Below, one piece after another: positions 57,626 through 64,000 of a DNA stretch of 64,000 bases (positions within the stretch are counted from its first letter, which is position 1; every line of letters starts with the position of its first letter). The position numbers and the translations under genes are program-made. This DNA is from Diplonema japonicum (taxonomy: Eukaryota > Protista > Euglenozoa: Diplonemea), in the NCBI GenBank assembly GCA_964019335.1, contig OZ025650.1:62001-126000 (forward strand), given 5' to 3'. Below the pieces are notes generated by a model. The model was not told where the DNA came from. It worked only from the letters and a program-made list of their open reading frames with translations, and ran no database searches.

Positions 57626-60600
57626 TTAAATAGAGAAGAATTTGGCCGAGTCCCAATAAGTTTTTGTATCCTGTTTCGCCTCTTTCAGCGCACCTTTGTC
57701 TTCATCTCCACTATCGTCGCCACGTGGGGAGTGCATGCCTAGCCGTGTGTCGAAGCTTAGACGCCTCCAGGTTTGGTTGCTTAGGTAGCGCTTCCGGCGG
57801 TACCGCTTCAGGAAGTTATCGAAAAAGACAATGAAAATCATGTAAGCTATGACGCCCCCGTACAGGTAGACAGGGTGGCCGGTGGTGAATTCAGCGTCGC
57901 GACCAGGAGGCCAGTGCGCAACGCTGAAGTAGGAGAAGGTTATCTGGAATACCCACGCCATGAGCAACAAAGTGAAGAACGATGAAAACTCAAAAGGGTT
58001 GTAATGCTCCGACCCAAGCTTCCGCCTGAACAACGCACACTGCACCTTCTTCTTTCCCACGTCGATCTCGTTGAACTCCAGCAGCTTCAACTGCAAATGC
58101 CTACTCAAGGCACCTACAGAATGCATAGAAAAGAACAGCACAGCCGACACCATGGTACTGTGCTGCGCGTACTGCAGCGCGTTCTGAAAACCCGGGTCTT
58201 CCAACACTTCTCTCGAAGGCGGCATCAGATCCCCTGGGTTCTTCCCGCTGGAGTACCACAGCGACCCGACGAACACTGCCAGCATCACTGACGAGGTTGG
58301 GACGTACCTCGCAACCCATAGCTTCACGAGGTGTTTGAAGACATTCCACAGCTCCTCTGCGTCGTTCTTGTTCGGGTGTATCTTCATCACCTTCTTGCAC
58401 ATCAGCGACTCAAACGGTTCGTACAACGCAAGCGACATGAAGGGCAGCAAGAAGTACAATTGCCAACATAGTTGCGTCAGACGGATAACAGGCGGGAACA
58501 TCATCAACGAGCATACAAACGTGCAGAGACACCAACACGCACTCCACGACACCAGCACCTCCGCAATCTTCAGCATGCAGTGAAGCTGCAACCTCGCCTG
58601 CTTCACAAGACACAATATAAAGTACAATGGGTACTCTGTCGGAGTGAGTGACATGGCGCATGGCAAGCTGATAAGCGAGCCTAAGTTGAAGAGACTCTTC
58701 AAGGATGTCTGGAACGACTCATGCAGCTCGTCTAACGCCTTCTTGTTGTGTCCTGCACTGCCGATGGGGCACCCCGGGAGGCCGAAGACAGCACGCGATG
58801 ATGTGAACGCATGGTTCTGATGCATGAGCTTTGTGTTGCAGGTGGGCATGGTAGCGATCCCAAAGTCCGCTTGCATGAAAGACGCTGTATTGGTGTGGTT
58901 GAGGCAGCTCCCGACACAGCACACCACCTCGCTGTTCTCCTGCAGGATGCCTATCATCTGCTTTATGGCGACCGGGTGCGAATCGCAAAACAAAGGCACC
59001 AGGAGCGGCACGTTGTCGGTGTGGATGATGTGGTTGCGGATCGCTTTGATGCCAGCTGGAAGGCGTGCCTTGATAGAGCTGAAGCCGAGCGTGGCACCAT
59101 GTGCGTCGAGAGAGATACAGCAGTTCCAGTCGTTTGCAGTGGTCCAAAGGCCGAGCTTTTCGCCAAATGCCTTGGTCATCCGTTCGTTGCCATTGTTAAA
59201 ATGGATGAATCGAATGCCTGCTTTCTGAAACTCAACAAGGAGGTTTTGCACCATGGGCTTAGGAGGCATCCTTGAACCCACCATGCCGAGGAAAATCTGT
59301 TTCTTCTGAAGGCGCTGATAGATCTGCTCTACCGCCAAGCCATCCAGCGACGTCTCTTCCTCTCCGAAGGAGTCCTCGTCACCGGAGGAACCGTTCCCAA
59401 TGTCGAACTCGTCGCCGTTCTGATGCTTCTCTTTGTCACTCTCGAGAATGTGAATTGCTTCACCAGATTTGTCTGACATGATGAATTCTTGATAGTGTTG
59501 CGGTAAGGGTCTGTACGCGAAGGCAACGGTCACCAAATCTCTCTGCCGCCGCCACTCGTTCGAACAATAGTGAAGCTCCCTCTTGTCTCTCGGACCCAAC
59601 GGCAGCACCTCCTCGCCATTCCAATAATCCGGCGTATACTCCAAGATGAACTGCGGGGCACCTATCGACAACAGTTGCCAATTCCCCTCAGGGTCGATCA
59701 CCACAAGCGACGCCATCTGTTGCCTGCCGTCCAGGGTTGGGTCATAATTCGCTGTCTTTTCGTACATTTCTGCGCCTTTCGCTGTCTTCTTGTTCTTCTT
59801 GAAGGTCTCCATAGGTCGCAGTGTGTGGATCCGCTTCATCACTTTAAACCCTAGCGCATGGAGCAGCTGCACAGAAAACCCGATTTCTTTCCCCAAGAAG
59901 TACAGATATTTCCCCCACAGAATGGTGTCGTCGAAGTGCAGCTGTTCCCTCACATACGCAGCACTGTGCTTGTTCTTCCTTTTCTTATGGTTGTGCTTGC
60001 TCGGCTTGGTGGGTCGTTGTGGTGTAGGAACCTTTTCGACCTGTTCCTCAAGGTGCTGCATGCAGTGAAGGGCTGCTGTGAGGCCCAGAGGCTTCAACTG
60101 CGGAATGTGCTTTCTCCATTCGGGGTCAGCGAACTGCAACAGGTTCTCAGCCGAGTCATCGTTGTGCATTTCAAGAATCAAAAAGGCCATTTCCTGATAC
60201 TCCTCTGCACCGTGCCCGTCGTCCCAGCCTTCGGCCTTCCGCTTCATCACGAGTACTTTTTCGGGAACGGGCACCACTTCTGACAGAATACCCGCCTTGT
60301 CCGTGCACGACAGCACTGTCATCGACCCCAGTACTTGACAGGCGTTACGCGAGTGTACCAAATCGTACCTTGCACCCCACCAGTCCTTCGGGCCTGTATC
60401 TAACACAGTGTTGGTAGCGATGGCCCACATGTGCTTCGCTATCATCCTCCTATTGATGGAAGGGTGGCTCAAGGTATCGATGACAAGCCCTGCATCTTCA
60501 TGCCCAGGTGGCGGCTCCACGCCTGACAGATTTGAATTGTATTTCCCCAGCATCAGGTCCCCTTCGCCACGTGCAGCAAAGATGTCCCCTCCAGCCACAT

Positions 60601-62551
60601 CCCGAGTATCTTCAGTTGCCTGTGACGTGTACGTGCTGCTGTACGAGCTGTCGGTGCTCATGCTCGTGTCTGTATTCTGGACTCCCCGTGCCTGTGCCCT
60701 GTCCAACGTGACTGACAAAGTCTTATCTTGCATTTCCATCATGGAACGCAGACAGGCGTTAGCGTAGCAGTCGATCATTCGCAGGACAACTGTGGTGCCT
60801 ATCGGCAGGGCTGCTAGTACGATACATGCAGGGCCATGGACGTATGTGTAGTACCACGACAAGTGGCTTGTGTCTTCGATGCTGCTGCGCAAGACGTTGC
60901 ACGCGACAACAATGATAACAAGCACTGCTGCGATGAAAGCAAGACAACGCTGTGAGAGGAACAGCAGGTTCTGACTGGATGTCGGGCGCGACATGCCCGA
61001 TGTCTTATCTTCCAGCTCTCTGACAGATGGTATATCTTCCTCTTCCTCGCTGGCATATGCTGCATTCTCCACATGGGGCTCAATTGAGGAAGTGTGCGAG
61101 ACGGCATCAGCTTCACTCTCTACTCTGAAGTGTCTGCTGCTCACTTGCTGGTCAGAAGGAGACCAGAAAGGAGACTGCTGGTCATCCCTTACAGATGTCG
61201 GCGTGCAGCTCCCCGGCGAGCAGTGGTCGGGCGACTTAATAGAAGAACCGGTGCGCGTGACCGCTGCCCCCGTGTCCTTTGGGCGGTTCGGCAGGAAGAC
61301 ACGCACCAAGCAATCCATGAGCACCTCGCGCTTCACATCAAACATCTCCATCTTACCGATGTCCATGGCACGATCTTTCACCACTGTCATTGCCTCAGGA
61401 ACACTCCGCCACCTCCAAGCCTTGTGCAATACAGACACCTTCCTGATCTTAATGACCTCCGTCGACTCCATGTGGTACGGGACTGCTGCGACGTGGAGCA
61501 CGCTAACGCTACCTTGCTCACTGGTGGTGGTGCAGTCTACTTCAGTAGCAACGCCGAGCTTCTGCCATTCGGCTTGTTTCCACCCGCCCTCGGGATTGCA
61601 GGAATTAGCGTGGAATGTGACGCTTTTCGAGTCATTGACACCACAGTACTGAAAGGCGACGGGATGGAAGGCTGCAGACGAGCACCACACTTCCACCTCG
61701 AAGTGGACATCTGTGGGTTGTGGATCAGAGGTGCCCACGAAGGGTCTGTCCAGCTTGAACGTGGTGCGGACAGCATTTCTCTGCGTTTCGTGTGCTGTCC
61801 ATGGGCCACAATCATGCTCGCCAGGTAGCAGTATTTTGTTGGAGACATCACCTGCATTTCTGAGTACGGAAAGCATCCTGCAGGAATCCGCATCACGCAG
61901 TCCCGCAAGGTACTCCGAGTTCCCGGACACGAGGGACCTTCCTGTATCGATGAGACCTGTGAACTTCTGGTACACGTCTGCGACCCTGCGGAGGTACAGC
62001 GTGACGTCCATCGACGTGTGGAGGATGAGCACGGTGGCGACGACGGCTGCTTCTAAGATGAGCCACGGGGCGTCTGTACGGGTTTCGTGTGCAGACTGTG
62101 GTGTGGGGTCGTCGGTGTACTCCTCGATGTCGGAATAGGCAGAGAAAACGAGCGCTGCAATGCATAGAAAGCAGAGCAGGAAGTAAGGCTGCATGGTGAT
62201 GTAGCCGAGGGCGCGGAAGACAGCTTTCTTGCGGCTGATAGCATGGCCGGCAGTTTTGTGGACCTTCACGGCAGTCTCGTTGATGGTGCTGTTCACGATG
62301 GTGGTGTCCATGCCTCTCAAGCTTCCGCCGCGAAGCGCCTCCTTTGCGAGGTACTGCTTGTCGCGGGTGCGGAACCGCTCGCAGGGCGATGCCACGCTGC
62401 TTAAAGGGAACGGGGGCTGCCGGCCGGCCCTTCTGTCCCCTGCCGACAGTGGCATGTCCACAGGGCTCACCAAGCTGGTGTTCTGCACTGCCGCAGGGGA
62501 CGGCGGCGTCACTGTCCCTTTATCAGACATTTCTATCTCATATTCTGCCAT
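57626..62551 (-). CDS. TMEM94: TMEM94-like degenerate P-type ATPase-fold membrane protein
   Basis: CTDKAGILS, LKPLGL, IFLGMV, AGIRFIHF, DWNCCISL, ARLPAGIKAIRNHIIHTDNVPLLVPLF, RLSFDTRLGMHSP. Confidence 0.85.
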   Translation of the reverse strand: MAEYEIEMSDKGTVTPPSPAAVQNTSLVSPVDMPLSAGDRRAGRQPPFPLSSVASPCERFRTRDKQYLAKEALRGGSLRGMDTTIVNSTINETAVKVHKTAGHAISRKKAVFRALGYITMQPYFLLCFLCIAALVFSAYSDIEEYTDDPTPQSAHETRTDAPWLILEAAVVATVLILHTSMDVTLYLRRVADVYQKFTGLIDTGRSLVSGNSEYLAGLRDADSCRMLSVLRNAGDVSNKILLPGEHDCGPWTAHETQRNAVRTTFKLDRPFVGTSDPQPTDVHFEVEVWCSSAAFHPVAFQYCGVNDSKSVTFHANSCNPEGGWKQAEWQKLGVATEVDCTTTSEQGSVSVLHVAAVPYHMESTEVIKIRKVSVLHKAWRWRSVPEAMTVVKDRAMDIGKMEMFDVKREVLMDCLVRVFLPNRPKDTGAAVTRTGSSIKSPDHCSPGSCTPTSVRDDQQSPFWSPSDQQVSSRHFRVESEADAVSHTSSIEPHVENAAYASEEEEDIPSVRELEDKTSGMSRPTSSQNLLFLSQRCLAFIAAVLVIIVVACNVLRSSIEDTSHLSWYYTYVHGPACIVLAALPIGTTVVLRMIDCYANACLRSMMEMQDKTLSVTLDRAQARGVQNTDTSMSTDSSYSSTYTSQATEDTRDVAGGDIFAARGEGDLMLGKYNSNLSGVEPPPGHEDAGLVIDTLSHPSINRRMIAKHMWAIATNTVLDTGPKDWWGARYDLVHSRNACQVLGSMTVLSCTDKAGILSEVVPVPEKVLVMKRKAEGWDDGHGAEEYQEMAFLILEMHNDDSAENLLQFADPEWRKHIPQLKPLGLTAALHCMQHLEEQVEKVPTPQRPTKPSKHNHKKRKNKHSAAYVREQLHFDDTILWGKYLYFLGKEIGFSVQLLHALGFKVMKRIHTLRPMETFKKNKKTAKGAEMYEKTANYDPTLDGRQQMASLVVIDPEGNWQLLSIGAPQFILEYTPDYWNGEEVLPLGPRDKRELHYCSNEWRRQRDLVTVAFAYRPLPQHYQEFIMSDKSGEAIHILESDKEKHQNGDEFDIGNGSSGDEDSFGEEETSLDGLAVEQIYQRLQKKQIFLGMVGSRMPPKPMVQNLLVEFQKAGIRFIHFNNGNERMTKAFGEKLGLWTTANDWNCCISLDAHGATLGFSSIKARLPAGIKAIRNHIIHTDNVPLLVPLFCDSHPVAIKQMIGILQENSEVVCCVGSCLNHTNTASFMQADFGIATMPTCNTKLMHQNHAFTSSRAVFGLPGCPIGSAGHNKKALDELHESFQTSLKSLFNLGSLISLPCAMSLTPTEYPLYFILCLVKQARLQLHCMLKIAEVLVSWSACWCLCTFVCSLMMFPPVIRLTQLCWQLYFLLPFMSLALYEPFESLMCKKVMKIHPNKNDAEELWNVFKHLVKLWVARYVPTSSVMLAVFVGSLWYSSGKNPGDLMPPSREVLEDPGFQNALQYAQHSTMVSAVLFFSMHSVGALSRHLQLKLLEFNEIDVGKKKVQCALFRRKLGSEHYNPFEFSSFFTLLLMAWVFQITFSYFSVAHWPPGRDAEFTTGHPVYLYGGVIAYMIFIVFFDNFLKRYRRKRYLSNQTWRRLSFDTRLGMHSPRGDDSGDEDKGALKEAKQDTKTYWDSAKFFSI

Positions 62552-63088
62552 CTTGCACCAGCCTTGCCACTTTCCTCAAAGGAAGCCAATTTATCGCTTT
62601 TCAATTATCCCCCTTTCCCTGCAGTTTCTTCTTGGTGTCAGAAAAAAAAACAATAAAATCATGAAGGGGTAGGAGGGAAAGGGAGAAGTGAAAAAAAAAA
62701 AAAGATTTTTTTTGAAATCTAAAAGAAGCTGATGTAGAACGTGCACATGGGGGGGGTTTTTTTTAAATTCTTCTTGATTTTCTTCAACCGACCGTTTGAA
62801 AATCTTTTTGTTGTGTTACTAGCTTCAAAAAAATGGGGGGGGAAGAGGAAAGGGGGTATCAAAAAAAGTAGTAAGTTAGAGAGGAGGGTTACTCTTTTGT
62901 TACCCATTCTCGCTGGGACCCTTAATCTCCTTCACCAAAATAACAAATGGGTGAAATGAAATATAATGATGAGAGGAGACAAAAAGTGCTCAAAACGAAA
63001 GGGGAACAAAGCGTCATCGTATCTCTAAAGTTGCAACAGCTCTTCAGAAATATTGGGGAGGGGGTGTGGAGGTTTTCTTTTTTTTCTC

Positions 63089-64000
63089 TCATTCAGACGA
63101 GCTGTCAGAGGATGAACCAGAGTCCGCTCCTTCGTCATCGGATTCAACAGAGATCTGTGATTTTGTTGGGTGTTTCTTTTTTTTTTTTTTTTTTTTTTTT
63201 TGTTAAATACCTCAGAACTTGACTCAGACGCATTATCACATGTGATCTTTGCAGTGTCGCCTTCAAAACCTTTACTCGTTTCGACCCCAGCTTTCATCTT
63301 TTCGGATTCTCTTTCATTGCAAAACAAGAATGTCACCATTTTCTTCCCAAAGACCTTCAACATAGTGTCGTTCCCCTCACCAGGACAGGTCAAGTGTTGC
63401 CAGCCCTTCAGTTCATCCATACGGGGGCCCGACCTGGCGTGCGTTTTGAACGCTCGGAACAAGCCGTTGCCCTTCTCCGTTTTGGGTTCTTTACATTTGC
63501 ATCCGAGCAGATCGTGGGTCTCGCACAGGGTATCGGTCTTCAACAAGAAAAGCGCTCTCAAATCATTGTTCGTGAAGTGTTGCTTTGACTTGTCAGTCGC
63601 GTCCATCACGTTGGCGGAGAGACCTTGCTTGCTGACCTGCCGTTGGTACACCTTCTCTTCAATAGTACCCGTAGTAAGCAATCGGTAGATAAAAACCTTC
63701 TTCTTCTGCCCGTCTCTCCAAACCCTTCCCATCGCCTGCGCGTCGTTAGCAGGATTCCAATCCGGGTCGTACAAGATCAGCCTGTTCGCGCCGATCAGGT
63801 TCAATCCCACACCCCCAGCCTTGCTGGACAGAAGGAACACGACCTCCGGGCTCCCTGCTACGTTGAACTGATCCACAAGTTGTTGTCTCTTTTTGATCGG
63901 CGTGTTCCCGTCCAGCTGGAAGTACCCCACCTCCATCTTCTTGCACAGCGCAGCGATTACGTGCAACGTTTGCGTGTAGTTCGAGACGATCACAACCTTG
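63089..64000 (-). CDS. RAD54: RAD54-family SNF2 helicase, 3' part (5' end outside window), 1 intron (63155-63210)
   Basis: VSNYTQTL, LLSSKAGGVGLNLIGANRLILYDPDWNPANDAQAMGRVWRDGQKK, GTIEEKVYQRQ, CETHDLLGCKC. Confidence 0.92.

Noticed and set aside
2925-63210. Non-canonical (non GT-AG) introns of the euglenid or marine-diplonemid type
   Set aside because: All introns I could resolve have GT...AG ends and no terminal stem
598-63688. Many long plus-strand ORFs (e.g. 30696-31694, 34816-35772, 47676-48500)
   Set aside because: They are antisense shadows of well-supported minus-strand genes and have no motifs of their own
1-64000. CRISPR arrays, rRNA genes, autonomous transposase or reverse-transcriptase ORFs
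   Set aside because: No repeat-spacer periodicity, rRNA signature or RT/DDE motif seen; the Zn knuckles at 1.5-1.8 kb belong to a cellular-type gene, not a gag

Overview
Eukaryotic nuclear DNA, most likely from a euglenozoan and probably a diplonemid (inference). The window encodes only the N-terminal half of succinate dehydrogenase subunit B, a split known from Euglenozoa. All 32 protein genes I can support lie on the minus strand, often less than 120 bp apart, as expected for polycistronic, trans-spliced transcription. Unlike trypanosomatids, many genes carry cis introns. By hand I resolved 35 GT-AG introns of 31-69 nt; 21 begin GTATG, many are filled with poly(A) rather than a polypyrimidine tract, and they cluster toward 3' ends of genes. 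Recognisable products: RPS16, SDH2N, NOT2, ETF-QO, RAD54 (partial), Vps72/YL1, a TLC/LAG1 protein, a TMEM94-like protein, a kinesin, an EF-hand K+ channel, and BTB, DnaJ, Kelch and LRR proteins. More unusual ones: a degenerate RluA fold with Zn knuckles, a P-loop-less pseudo-kinesin, a HipA/PI-kinase-like plus UBA protein, and a membrane kinase with a long insert. Spacers are rich in homopolymers. They also hold two abutting MITEs, a nested-palindrome element, a two-copy truncated repeat and a degenerate tRNA-like unit. All splice models and family calls are by eye, and homopolymer lengths may contain assembly errors.
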